Below are positions 18,944-31,800 of a stretch of 64,000 bases of DNA, piece by piece. The notes below the pieces were generated by a model. The model had not been told where the DNA came from. It did not search any database and saw only the letters and a program-made list of their open reading frames with translations. Each line of letters begins with the position of its first letter. The first letter of the stretch is position 1. Made by a program: the position numbers and the translations under genes. Origin of the DNA: Candidatus Collierbacteria bacterium RIFOXYD2_FULL_45_13 (lineage in GTDB: Bacteria; Patescibacteriota; Microgenomatia; UBA1400; MFAQ01); the NCBI GenBank assembly GCA_001774685.1, contig MFAS01000001.1, positions 1,025,252 to 1,089,251 of the forward strand, in the 5' to 3' direction.

Positions 18944-20254
18944 GTGAAATCTTCTTCCGTCTTTTTTTGCAATAGTTGTGGCAATGAGTTCGCCAAGTGG
19001 GCCGGCCAGTGTCCTGCCTGCCACGAATGGAATACTCTGGTCGAAACCGCCCCCTTCCTCAAAACGGCCAAGACCAAGACGGGTCAAAAAGTGTCCATTA
19101 AGCCCGCCGAAAGCTTTTCGGTTAAAACCGCTCTCTCCTCCCAAACGGGCTATACCTTCCCCACCGGCATCGGTGAGTTCGATCGGGTTTTGGGACCCGG
19201 GCTTACCAAAGGCGGAGTCTACCTTCTGGCTGGTCAGCCGGGCATTGGCAAGTCTACACTCCTGACTCAATTGGCCTTAAACTCCAAAATCAACGTCGTT
19301 TATGTTTGCTCCGAGGAAAACCCCGCTCAAGTAGCCTCGCGTATCAAACGTCTCTCTTCAAAAGAAAACTCCCACATCAAACTCTTGAACACTTCCACCG
19401 TTGAAAACGTTCTGGAAACCGTCAAGTCTGACCCAAACTGCCTAGTAATCATTGATTCGATTCAGTCCGTAAGTACCGCCACCAACCCCACCACTCCAGG
19501 CTCCCCATCCCAGATCCGTGATAGTGCCTCGTATCTGATCCAAAGCGCCAAAGAAAACTCGGTTCCCATGATCATCGTGGGGCACGTAACCAAGGACGGG
19601 GACATCGCCGGCCCCAAGATGCTCGAGCACATGGTGGACACCGTCCTTGAGCTTTCAGGAGATCGACAGCACCTTCTTCGGCTCCTGCGCAGTGTCAAAA
19701 ATCGCTTTGGCCCAACAGACGAAACAGGGATCTTCCGTATGAACAGTACTGGGCTCGAAGAAGTCAAAGACCCCGGTTCCATTCTTCTTGAAGGCAGGGT
19801 CAAAAATGCCCCGGGCTCCTGCCTCACCATGATTATGGAAGGCACCCGTCCCCTCACCGTCGAGATCCAGGCTTTGGTGGTAGCCTCTCCTCTCCCCATT
19901 CCCCGGCGCATCGCCAAAGGCATCTCCGGCAACCGCCTCCAGCTCATCTGTGCTATTCTCACCAAGCACTTGAATCTACCCATCGCCACCAAAGACGTTT
20001 TTGTAAACGTCACGGGAGGAATGGATGTCAAAGATCCCGGAGCAGACTTGGGCATCGCTCTAGCTATCGTCAGCTCCGTCAAAGATAAGCCCCTGCCGGA
20101 AAACTCCATTTGCTTCGGCGAGCTAGGTCTTCTGGGCGAAATCCGCAAGGTCGGCTTCACTGACAAGATGCTCAAAGAGGCCAAATCCCTCGGTTATTCG
20201 GAGATATTCTCCCCTCTCTCTCACACCTCCATCCGCTCCATCAAGCTCTTGTAG
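18944..20254 (+). CDS. radA: DNA repair protein RadA/Sms
   Basis: C4 zinc finger (FCNSCG...KWAGQCPAC), GQPGIGKS, KNRFG, Lon-like C-terminus. Confidence 0.97.
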   Translation: MKSSSVFFCNSCGNEFAKWAGQCPACHEWNTLVETAPFLKTAKTKTGQKVSIKPAESFSVKTALSSQTGYTFPTGIGEFDRVLGPGLTKGGVYLLAGQPGIGKSTLLTQLALNSKINVVYVCSEENPAQVASRIKRLSSKENSHIKLLNTSTVENVLETVKSDPNCLVIIDSIQSVSTATNPTTPGSPSQIRDSASYLIQSAKENSVPMIIVGHVTKDGDIAGPKMLEHMVDTVLELSGDRQHLLRLLRSVKNRFGPTDETGIFRMNSTGLEEVKDPGSILLEGRVKNAPGSCLTMIMEGTRPLTVEIQALVVASPLPIPRRIAKGISGNRLQLICAILTKHLNLPIATKDVFVNVTGGMDVKDPGADLGIALAIVSSVKDKPLPENSICFGELGLLGEIRKVGFTDKMLKEAKSLGYSEIFSPLSHTSIRSIKLL

Positions 20255-20293
20255 TAAAATACCCCATCTTGCAAATTAAAATTGGAGGTCCTC

Positions 20294-20953
20294 ATGAGGT
20301 TTTCACCCGATCAGGGAGAAGATATCTCCCTCTGTACCCCACAAGAAGTAATTGAATTCCGCGAAAAGCGTGGAACCAGCAAGGGATTTGAAGACCGTCG
20401 ACCCATGTCTCCAGATGTGGAAGCCAGAATGGTCGCTATCCATAAAGTTCATGGTTTTCAACCAGAAGGCTATACTCTCGGACTCTTGCTCAAGGTAGAT
20501 TTTGATCTACTCTTCAGTTACAGCTTTCGTGACGGCTATCGTTTCATGTTCGGAGACTCGGTTTTTCCAGAATGGGTCAAAGAACTAGAAACAAAAAAGA
20601 AAATTATTGTCTACGCCACCATGATTCTCGAGGCGTACGGCTGGGTAGTCACATTCACCGAAGACCAGGAGTGGTATTATCTGGACTTCGCACCACTCCA
20701 AGCCCTTACACCAGAAGAGGTCTCTCGAGAACGTGAACAAATCGCCTTCCGAATAGCAGCAAACGCCCTTCAAGTCATCAACCAGGGCCTGATCGAAGGC
20801 AAAACCTTCTTCACCCTTGAAGAACTCGCCATTTCTGAAAGCGACTCTCGACTATTCACCGCCTGCCTCACACGACTTAGACAACTTATGCCCAGATATA
20901 AAATCGAGCATTCTTTGTCAAGATTCTTTCTCACCCCCACCACCCCTTCCTAG
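20294..20953 (+). CDS. Hypothetical protein
   Basis: GGAGG SD before ATG 20294. Confidence 0.75.
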   Translation: MRFSPDQGEDISLCTPQEVIEFREKRGTSKGFEDRRPMSPDVEARMVAIHKVHGFQPEGYTLGLLLKVDFDLLFSYSFRDGYRFMFGDSVFPEWVKELETKKKIIVYATMILEAYGWVVTFTEDQEWYYLDFAPLQALTPEEVSREREQIAFRIAANALQVINQGLIEGKTFFTLEELAISESDSRLFTACLTRLRQLMPRYKIEHSLSRFFLTPTTPS

Positions 20954-21021
20954 GGGTGGTTTTTTTATTCTACGTTCTGCTACAATTTCCCATCTCATCT
21001 CATTGAAATAAGGAGGTCGGC

Positions 21022-21570
21022 GTGTTGGATCAAAATTACGACTCGGTTCTATATCAGAACTCACCATTTGTTCCACCCGTTACAATCCAGTCGGCCTTCA
21101 ACATCCAGAGGTTTGTCCAATCAAACGACTATCCACCGTCCGTGGCCATCGCTAAGGAACTCCGCGATCTGTTTGGGGAACATCTACAGTTTCTGGAATC
21201 CCAGATGGACTGGATTGTCGAGAAATTCAATGTCTCCCAACAAGACATGGATGACTATTACTTCGGATTACTTGTTCCGGTAACCCTGATGATCGCAACC
21301 CACATGGCCCGCCACAACCGTCTGGAAAACGTCCTCAATCTCTACTTCCCTCTATCAGAGGATCCATTTTTCGACAATCTGAGAAGCTACGGTTGCGACC
21401 AGCTTTATCGTGTAGAAGAACTCCTAAGTCTGGAAACAGCCGAACCCATGTCCTCAGCCGGACCGATTTATGCCCATTGCCAGCTCGAAGTTTTTGCCTT
21501 CTCGTACTGGTACCAAGTGGGTCTCGAGGCTGGACTGCGCACTTTCCAACAATACGCACGGCTTCACTAA
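21022..21570 (+). CDS. Hypothetical protein
   Basis: TAAGGAGG SD, GTG start, terminator at 21578-21605. Confidence 0.75.
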   Translation: MLDQNYDSVLYQNSPFVPPVTIQSAFNIQRFVQSNDYPPSVAIAKELRDLFGEHLQFLESQMDWIVEKFNVSQQDMDDYYFGLLVPVTLMIATHMARHNRLENVLNLYFPLSEDPFFDNLRSYGCDQLYRVEELLSLETAEPMSSAGPIYAHCQLEVFAFSYWYQVGLEAGLRTFQQYARLH

Positions 21571-21719
21571 CTTACTCAGGCAGGCTCCCCAGCCTGCCTT
21601 TTTTTCTTGACTTTTAGCTCAAACTATGTTATTATAGGGCAATTCCTTTGAACCTGATTCACACGACGCAGGCTCAACTGTACCTTTCCATTTTTTCCAC
21701 CCTCCCGAAAGGAGTTTCC

Positions 21720-22400
21720 ATGTTACAGACTACCACAAACCTAACACTCAACGGCTTCCCGTGGCCACGACTCTCACTGGGAAGTCTCCAGCCCACTGAT
21801 GTGGTCAACTTCCAAATCATCTGCCCCCCTGAATTTGTAGCCATTCTGAACACCAACCTGGGAGCAGCTTTCAACGGATTTGAGAGTCGATACGAAGTAG
21901 CCATGACCGGCCAAGACGCGAACGATGGCAATAATGTGGCCATCCAGTTTATCGAGAAGATTGGCATGGGTATTTTCGTTCTCCACACCATTGGTCTGGC
22001 CCGCTACGGTGGCAAGTGGCAGTTTATGAAGACCACCCAAACAATCCAGACCTACAAAGTACAAGGGAATCCGTATCTTTTCATTCCCTCTCTGTCTGGC
22101 CAGGTGTGGTTGGCCGATAAGGTCAACGAGATCATGAAGGGCGAGAAAGGGATCCCCAGCTCAAGCAAGCACGTTGAACCAACGTACCCCGACGGAACCA
22201 TCAAATTCTGGAACCCCTTCCGTGGGTTCGGAGTCATCAGCGCCAAGGAAGGGGACGTCTACTTCGACCTCGGAGATATCCATCGCCTCATTCCTTCGCG
22301 TGCACGGTTGTACTTGAATGCTGGGAAAAAGGTCCACTTCCAGGCTAAACCGGTCTCCGGCAAATCCTGCCCGTTCAAAGCCACTTCGGTGGTTTGGTAG
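21720..22400 (+). CDS. Hypothetical protein with a C-terminal cold-shock (OB) domain
   Basis: GTIKFWNPFRGFGVI...DVYF (RNP1/RNP2-like); AAGGAG SD. Confidence 0.75.
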   Translation: MLQTTTNLTLNGFPWPRLSLGSLQPTDVVNFQIICPPEFVAILNTNLGAAFNGFESRYEVAMTGQDANDGNNVAIQFIEKIGMGIFVLHTIGLARYGGKWQFMKTTQTIQTYKVQGNPYLFIPSLSGQVWLADKVNEIMKGEKGIPSSSKHVEPTYPDGTIKFWNPFRGFGVISAKEGDVYFDLGDIHRLIPSRARLYLNAGKKVHFQAKPVSGKSCPFKATSVVW

Positions 22401-22597
22401 GATTTCCATTCTTCAACAAAACCCCGCCATCACTGGCGGGGTTTTTCTTAATCTAAATCAAAACAGTCTGCCATCTTGACATCATTTGTAACATATATTA
22501 CATTTATATCTAGCTCTACAATGCAGGTTGTAAGCAAAAAGGAGATTCCGGAAGGAGTCTCCTTTTTATTTCCTGGGTAACGATCTATTATTAGAGT

Positions 22598-23773
22598 GTG
22601 TCCAAGCCGACCCAAAAAATCCTCGGAAATATTTTCCTCTTGCTCGGAGCTTCTATCGCTTTACGCTTTGGTCTTCTGAGGCTCATCAGCGAAGACTTAC
22701 CCGTTTACGTAAGGGTTCTTAGCTCCATCGCTATCCTTATCTTTGGCGCCGTTTTTGTACTTACGAGGAGTGCAGAGCTCATCGAAGAAACTACTGAAGT
22801 ATTAAGCGAAAAAACCAAGTTGGCCGGTGGTTTACTCCAGTCCTTTGGCACCGCCTTCCCGGACATGGTTCTCGGTGTCAGTGCCGCTTTTATCAGTCTC
22901 AGTCTTAGAAGTTCCGATTACGAGAGGGCCATCAACTTCGCCATCATCGCCGCCGCCACTACCTTTGGCTCCAATATTTACAACATCGGTCATGCTGCCT
23001 GGTGTGTTTGGAGACAAAATCTAGCCAACACCAGTTCACATCTTACCCTCATGTTTCCTCATATCAAATCAGGTGGTCACTTAACTCCCATGAAAGATCA
23101 CCGCAAAAAGCCTCTGCTGGCCGAGTTCAATACGGCTAGTCTCGTCTTGGTATCTCTCACTGTCTTAACCACTTTCGTCGCTGTCTCTATGGTTCTCTTC
23201 GGCAAGGTATCTTCTCCTCTTCTCAAAATATCAGAAGATCTCTACCAACTCTCCGCCCCTGTGGGATGGGTACTTTTAGTATTATGTCTCGTTACTCTTT
23301 TTCGTTTTCGCAAAACCGAACGACCGGGTACAGACACCTTGGTCGTTAACTCAGAAGAGAATCAGTTTCGCCACAATGCCGGAGGGTTAATCTGGCTCGC
23401 TCTCATCGGCTCCGGTATCTCTATCTTCTTGGCCGCCGAGTCCATGGTTCGAGGTATCGAAGTTATCTCCGCTATTTCCGGTACCCCCTTTGTCATCGCC
23501 GGAATCATGGCCGGAGTTATCGGCTGTCTGGGAGAAATCATTGTTGTCCACAATTTTTCGGTCAATCCGAGTGGACGAATTGGAGACGCCATCGTGGGCG
23601 TAGCTATGGACAACATCGTTACCATTACCGGTGCCAGCCTTGTCGCCATTATGGGTGGTATTTTCCTCGGAGGCAGTTCTCTAATCATGATCTTCGTTCT
23701 CATCCTCTGCTTAAACACTGTCCTCATTTGGCAAATCAGCGACCTCAAGAACTTTTTTATACATACCAAATAA
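22598..23773 (+). CDS. Na+/Ca2+ exchanger (CaCA)-like membrane protein
   Basis: alpha1-like SFGTAFPD...GSNIYNI; degenerate alpha2 GCLGE...AMDNI; about 10 TMs. Confidence 0.75.
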   Translation: MSKPTQKILGNIFLLLGASIALRFGLLRLISEDLPVYVRVLSSIAILIFGAVFVLTRSAELIEETTEVLSEKTKLAGGLLQSFGTAFPDMVLGVSAAFISLSLRSSDYERAINFAIIAAATTFGSNIYNIGHAAWCVWRQNLANTSSHLTLMFPHIKSGGHLTPMKDHRKKPLLAEFNTASLVLVSLTVLTTFVAVSMVLFGKVSSPLLKISEDLYQLSAPVGWVLLVLCLVTLFRFRKTERPGTDTLVVNSEENQFRHNAGGLIWLALIGSGISIFLAAESMVRGIEVISAISGTPFVIAGIMAGVIGCLGEIIVVHNFSVNPSGRIGDAIVGVAMDNIVTITGASLVAIMGGIFLGGSSLIMIFVLILCLNTVLIWQISDLKNFFIHTK

Positions 23774-23824
23774 CCAAAGAGAGCGAATAAGACCACTCTC
23801 TTTAATTACTGCTTAGTTATGTTC

Positions 23825-24082
23825 TTATCTTCTGGATCTCTTCTTCATAGGCGTCGTTTTTGCCATACTCATATCCATCAGGCAATATTTGCAATATGAC
23901 ATGTGCACCATCGCCTCAAAAATCGCTGAGAGACCAACCAGAATATAAATTAACTTCTCAAGCCACGGCCATGCGCCAAAAATAGTCGAGACCAAATTAA
24001 AATCAAACAAACCGATCATTCCCCAGTTTAGTGCTCCCACAATTACCAAGGCATAGGCAATCTTGTGTTTCATTACCATCAT
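23825..24082 (-). CDS. DUF378 family membrane protein
   Basis: LVIVGALNWG.IGLF.FNLV..IFG...IYILVGLSA. Confidence 0.9.
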   Translation of the reverse strand: MMVMKHKIAYALVIVGALNWGMIGLFDFNLVSTIFGAWPWLEKLIYILVGLSAIFEAMVHMSYCKYCLMDMSMAKTTPMKKRSRR

Positions 24083-24175
24083 CAACTGTCACCCCCCTTC
24101 TCCTGAAAACAAATTATTTCCATGTAACTATTATTACATATTTATCCCGAGCTTGTCGTTCAAGGAGTTCTTTTC

Positions 24176-26641
<2,466 letters not shown>

Positions 26642-26642
26642 A

Positions 26643-28067
26643 TCACAGTTTATTAGTTACAAAAGCGACTAACTCATCCGCCGAGTCGGTCTGTTCCAGT
26701 AGTTTCTTCCAGGCATCGATCTGTCCCTTGGTTTTAATCAGTTCCAGTAGCTCCGCCGGAGTCCGTTCTTCCTTTTTATCCTGTCGATACCAAGCAAAAA
26801 GATAAAGCATCTCCCATTCCTCAAAAACTTTACTTCCAGACTGCCACAATAGTTTATCCATGTTTTCGCCTTTTATCAAAGTATTTTTAACTTCCTCTGT
26901 TTGTTCTGGCCCAAACTTGGTAAAGACTTTTGCCCCCTCTACGCTTTTAACCGTGGCATAGATCTCTCTTGACACATTGTGAAACAATCCGCTTCTGGTT
27001 TGTCTTCCCACTCTGGTGACAGACAAGAAAATATTCACCGCTGGCCTTATTCCATGTTGAAAACGATCAATATCAAAGTAAATATGGCCGTCGGTAATAG
27101 ACATCAAATTTGTCTGAATATATCCCGTCAGGTCCCCTCCTACACTTTCGGCAATTGCCAGACACGAAATCGATCTTTCCTTACCTTCCACTTCAAAACA
27201 ACCAGCTCTCTCCAGCAGTTTAGACTGCAAATAGAATATGTCTCCAGGATAAGAGTCCCGTCCTGGAAACTTTCCCATAATGAGCGACATCTCTCGGTAG
27301 TACTTTGCGTGAGTAGTCAGGTCATCCAAGACCACCAACACTTCACTTCCTTTATCTCTCACACTTTCGGCTATGCTCATGGCCGTAAAGGGTGCCATCA
27401 CTATCTCCGCCTGGTTCTCCCTCGCCCCAGATGCCACAATAATTACTTTATCCATAACCTTGTTTTTTATCAGCCATTCTTTGACCGCCACGATCTCACC
27501 GGCTTGTTTTCCAATGGCACAGTAAATTCCTGTCTTCCCAGCCTTTACTTGTGTGGCCAAAGTTTGCAGAGCAAACCAGGTCTTACCGGTTTTTCTTTCT
27601 CCTATCACTAGTTCTCTTTGTCCAGCTCCCAGAGGTAGAGCCAAATCAATCAAGGTGGTGCCTGTCAGTAGAGGCCTGGTAATAATTACTCGTTTCTCTA
27701 CCCCTAAGGCATCTTTGTCTATCTCTACCGACTCTGTTGTAGTACTAAGATCTTTATCTCCATCAATTACATAGCCGAGGGCCGATACGATATGTCCGAG
27801 CAGCCCGTCTCCTGCCGACACCAGTAGCTTTCGCCCCGTCCTCGCCACTCTTGTTCCCAGATCGATTGACTCTTTACAAAATACCACCACCCAAACGTAC
27901 TTCTCGTCAATTCGCGAAACATAGCCATGATGTCCGTCTTCGAAGGCAACCCCTTCATTTATTCGAGCTCCGTTTAGGCCATCGACATGGACGATATAAT
28001 CTCTCGCCGCCACCACAGTTCCAATATCTTTAATTTTTTCCTGGCAGTATTCAAAAGAGTGGATCAT
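26643..28067 (-). CDS. atpA: F1 ATPase alpha subunit (divergent, short)
   Basis: GQRELVIGERKTGKT, DDLTTHA, PGRDSYPGDIFY..S.LLERA, TNLMSITDG, SVTRVG. Confidence 0.95.
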   Translation of the reverse strand: MIHSFEYCQEKIKDIGTVVAARDYIVHVDGLNGARINEGVAFEDGHHGYVSRIDEKYVWVVVFCKESIDLGTRVARTGRKLLVSAGDGLLGHIVSALGYVIDGDKDLSTTTESVEIDKDALGVEKRVIITRPLLTGTTLIDLALPLGAGQRELVIGERKTGKTWFALQTLATQVKAGKTGIYCAIGKQAGEIVAVKEWLIKNKVMDKVIIVASGARENQAEIVMAPFTAMSIAESVRDKGSEVLVVLDDLTTHAKYYREMSLIMGKFPGRDSYPGDIFYLQSKLLERAGCFEVEGKERSISCLAIAESVGGDLTGYIQTNLMSITDGHIYFDIDRFQHGIRPAVNIFLSVTRVGRQTRSGLFHNVSREIYATVKSVEGAKVFTKFGPEQTEEVKNTLIKGENMDKLLWQSGSKVFEEWEMLYLFAWYRQDKKEERTPAELLELIKTKGQIDAWKKLLEQTDSADELVAFVTNKL

Positions 28068-28071
28068 GGGT

Positions 28072-28839
28072 TTATAAAACGAGAATCATGTAAGCAATTA
28101 ATAATCCAAATCCCATCACTAGTCCCGTCAAAACAAAGTTCATTACCATTCCTACTCCAATTTTTTTGGCCGCTAATGGGTTTCTCCCCAGTGCTTCGAT
28201 TCCTGTCTTTCCAGATCGTCCAAAAAAGTAAAAGCCAAACGCAAAAGCAGATGCAGTGGTCAAGACAGCCAGTAAGTATCTGAGTGAGGTCAAAGGAGAC
28301 AAGAAAGGAGATCCGGCTGCCTTCTTAATATTTAGAAAAAGGTTGACTCCTCTCGTGCCAGAGTTTGATCCCGGACTATATCTAGGAGCCAGAGACACTT
28401 TTATCAAACACTCCTTAGTTATATCTGCCTCCACGCAAGGCTCCAAAGCCGTTCCCACCACATAGCCCTCAAACTCAGCCACGACCCCAACTCCAGCCCG
28501 TGTAGAGGTTGTTATATTATCTCCCACTTTTATTTTTCCACCCTGTGTCGTCACCCTCACCTGTACCGTACCGGTCGTCGTCACCAAAAAAGACCCACTT
28601 GCCGAAGAGATATCCTCAAAAGCAATCGCTGGGCTTGTCGTCACCACTCCGTAAAAAGCTGAGTCATACTCCACTTTAGATGTTTCAAAGCCGGTCAAAC
28701 CGGAAGATATTAACGTTCCGTCAGTTATCCCCTGGTCAGCTATCGGCACCGAGAGCGCCATTCCGGAAGACTGTGCCAAGACCTTTCCGGTCGAAAGTAC
28801 AAAAAGTATCAACAAGAACAGGTTCTTTATTAGTTTCAT
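28072..28839 (-). CDS. Exported-domain protein fused to a c-subunit-like hairpin lacking the carboxylate
   Basis: Signal peptide; beta-rich domain; C-terminal TM-GIEALGRNP-TM, similar to AtpE ARQP/GRNP loops. Confidence 0.75.
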   Translation of the reverse strand: MKLIKNLFLLILFVLSTGKVLAQSSGMALSVPIADQGITDGTLISSGLTGFETSKVEYDSAFYGVVTTSPAIAFEDISSASGSFLVTTTGTVQVRVTTQGGKIKVGDNITTSTRAGVGVVAEFEGYVVGTALEPCVEADITKECLIKVSLAPRYSPGSNSGTRGVNLFLNIKKAAGSPFLSPLTSLRYLLAVLTTASAFAFGFYFFGRSGKTGIEALGRNPLAAKKIGVGMVMNFVLTGLVMGFGLLIAYMILVL

Positions 28840-31800
28840 AGAGTTTGAGCTGATTCAGAGGCAACTGGGGTTGTTTCAGGTATCGGAGTCGGCGTTGAGG
28901 TTGGTGTAGGAGATACCTCCGATGTCGGTGTCGTCTGCCCGTCTAACTGCGGAGCTGTTAGTGTGGCCGATGGGGTTGCTGGCAAACTCTGTATGACTCT
29001 ATCTACCTGTTCTTTCGTTAAACAAGTTTTATTGTTTACATCACCCACACAAAGGGTTGTAAAAGTGGCCTCTTTAGCAAACAGTTTATCAGCCATCTCG
29101 GTCAGTCTGGTTTCAATGGCCATTATTCGGTCTTTCAAGTTTTCTATGGCTACAGACAAAGAGTTCGCCAAGTCGCTAAGCGAATTCCATTGCGACTCAG
29201 AAATAGCCGCACTCCTCGACGATAGAGCAATCTCATCTATCAAGAGTTGTTGTTCTTGTATAGCTTTGGCCAGCACCGGAATTAACTGAGTAGTGTAGAG
29301 TCCCAGTGTTCCATCGTTATTGCTACCCACCAGTTCAGGAAACACGTCACGCACTTCTTGAGCTATAAATCCCAGTGCGCCATCTCCTGTAGACTTCCAG
29401 TTGTAGGACACCGGTCGTAGCCCCAAGACCTTATCCAGAGTATCATCCCCCAAGCTCAACACATCTTTCTTTAAGTTAATATCAGAAGGATCTGTGTTGG
29501 TTAGGACTCCGCTATTACTATAGACAGTCCCTGTCCCCAAAGTGGTTGTCACGGTTCCATCATTTCCAATGGTGAACTTGGTCACCCCAGATGAGCTAGC
29601 CGTCAAAATATTCTGGTCCCCTGTCTGATCAAAAATCGCCAGTGCCTTGCCGGTCACTGCGCCAGTGACGTGGAGTTTGGAAGTTGGGGCAGTGGTGCCG
29701 ATACCTACGTTGCCAGAAGAATCAATACGCAGACGTTCGGTTCCACCAGTTACCCAGGCAAAAGTGTTGGCGGCGGGGTTTATCCAATACGTGTCCGAGT
29801 CGTTGCTTAAAATAATTCTTGCCCTGGTTTGGTCGTCAGGATATTCGTTGGTGCCTATTCGAAAATATTCTGAGCCATCAATAAGAAACCTGTGTCCATA
29901 GGTTGATGATTTATTGTACCCTGAAGCGTAGGTGGTTACTTGGGTATTGTTGGAAATATAGTTACTGCTAGTAAATGAATCGTTAAGGTATAAAGTGTTA
30001 TTTAGTGTTAGGGCGCCACTAAAATGGCTTGTACCTACAACCTCCAGCTTATACCCTGGATTTGTTGTCCCAATGCCCACATTCCCACTTCCCAAAATAG
30101 TCATTTTTTCTGTGGGGGTGTTATCTGATGTTCCGGTTGACCCAGCTGTTGCTGTGTAGAGGTGAAGTGCGGATGTGCCAGTTCCTGTTGATATTCCAGA
30201 TTTTAAGGTTAAATCTCCACCCGCAAGATCAGCTGTACCTGAAATTGCTCCACCCGAAGAAAGTGTTAATCCTTGTCCTGCCGTAGCTGCAGTAGTATTC
30301 CTCTCCATCCAGATTGTCCTTGCTGCAGTTCCATCAAGAGACAAAAGTTGAGTTGGAGAAGTAGTTCCAATTCCTATCAGTCCATTTTGATCAATTCTTA
30401 TTCTTGTAACTGGGTCATCGACGCCAGACGGTTTAGTCATTATATCAAAATTTCCCGTCATCAGACTTCGTGTTGTACTGCCGGTAACTACGGTTGATTG
30501 AAATCCAGCAACGTGCGTGACCGAATCGGTGGTTTTGGCATAAAAATATACCGCGCCAAGGGGATTATCACTACCGGGTACTGCGTTGAATTTACCGATG
30601 TATAAATAACCACCCAAATTATCAGCAGCCGTTGCATTGCTGTTGCCTATATATAGCCGACCATGATTTGTGGAATTATTGTAGATATTTACCTGCGTGC
30701 CGACGACTTCTAGCGGTGCTCCAGGAGCCGTGGTACCAATGCCAACCAGGCCTGTGTTTCCAATGTATAGATAATCCCCATCGTTGGCAGCCGCAGAAGA
30801 AATCATAAGTAGGGGATCTGTGCTAAACTTAACAACTTCAAGAGTTCCATCAGGAGAACTATCTTTTATGCCAACTCTTGAATTGGCTTCAATTCTCATC
30901 ATTTCAGAACCATTATCAATACTAAATATATGCCCGTATCCAGCTCCTGCGTTAAACCCAGCGTTATAACGCATGGTTTGACCATCGGTTGAACGTTGAA
31001 TATAGTTAAAATACCCTTGGGCATCGTTGCCTCCAGGTACAGAAAAGCCAATCCTTGGGGTAGCCGCAGCAGCTAGGTTGAGGGTGTTGTAGGTAGTATC
31101 TGTTCCCCCAATGGTCATTTTTCCGGTGCGATCGATAACTAACTTGGGGGTTCCTGATGCTGAGGCAACTAAGATATTCTGATTCCCAGTCTCATCAAAA
31201 ATTGCCAAGGCCTTGCCGGTTACGGCCCCTGAGACGTGGAGTTTTCCTGTTGGGGCTGTGGTGCCGATACCGACGTTGCCGGTACTGGCTTTGATGGTTA
31301 ATCTTTCGGCGTGAGTAGAGTCTGTGGGATTTCCGGTCCACGTCCAAACACTCACATCACCCCCAGAATTATAACCTCCACCATAAAAATCTAAGCCATA
31401 TGCCGTACTGCCCAATGTGATGCTTGCACCATTACTTGAACCGTTTGTGTAGTTAATTGACCAAGGATTCGTGTTACCTTGCGTTCCAATTCCACCTGTA
31501 GACATGTAAATATAGTTTGAAGCAGTCCCCGCTTGAACGGTTCCGTATGCTGTCAAGTTACCGGAGCGGTCAAGAGTTAGTTTTGTTGAACCTGAGGCCG
31601 AGGCTACCAAGATATTCTGATTCCCAGTTTCATCAAAAATAGCCAGAGCCTTGCCGGTTACTGCTCCAGAGACGTGGAGTTTGGAGGTGGGTGCCGTGGT
31701 GCCAATGCCGACTCCCGTTGTAGTAACGTTTAATATATTTGTTCCTCCCGCTATCAACGACGCAATGTCTGATCCAGCTGATCCTAAACCAGTATTAAGG

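Noticed and set aside
19462-20184. 240-aa minus-strand ORF
   Set aside because: Antisense to radA with no motifs.
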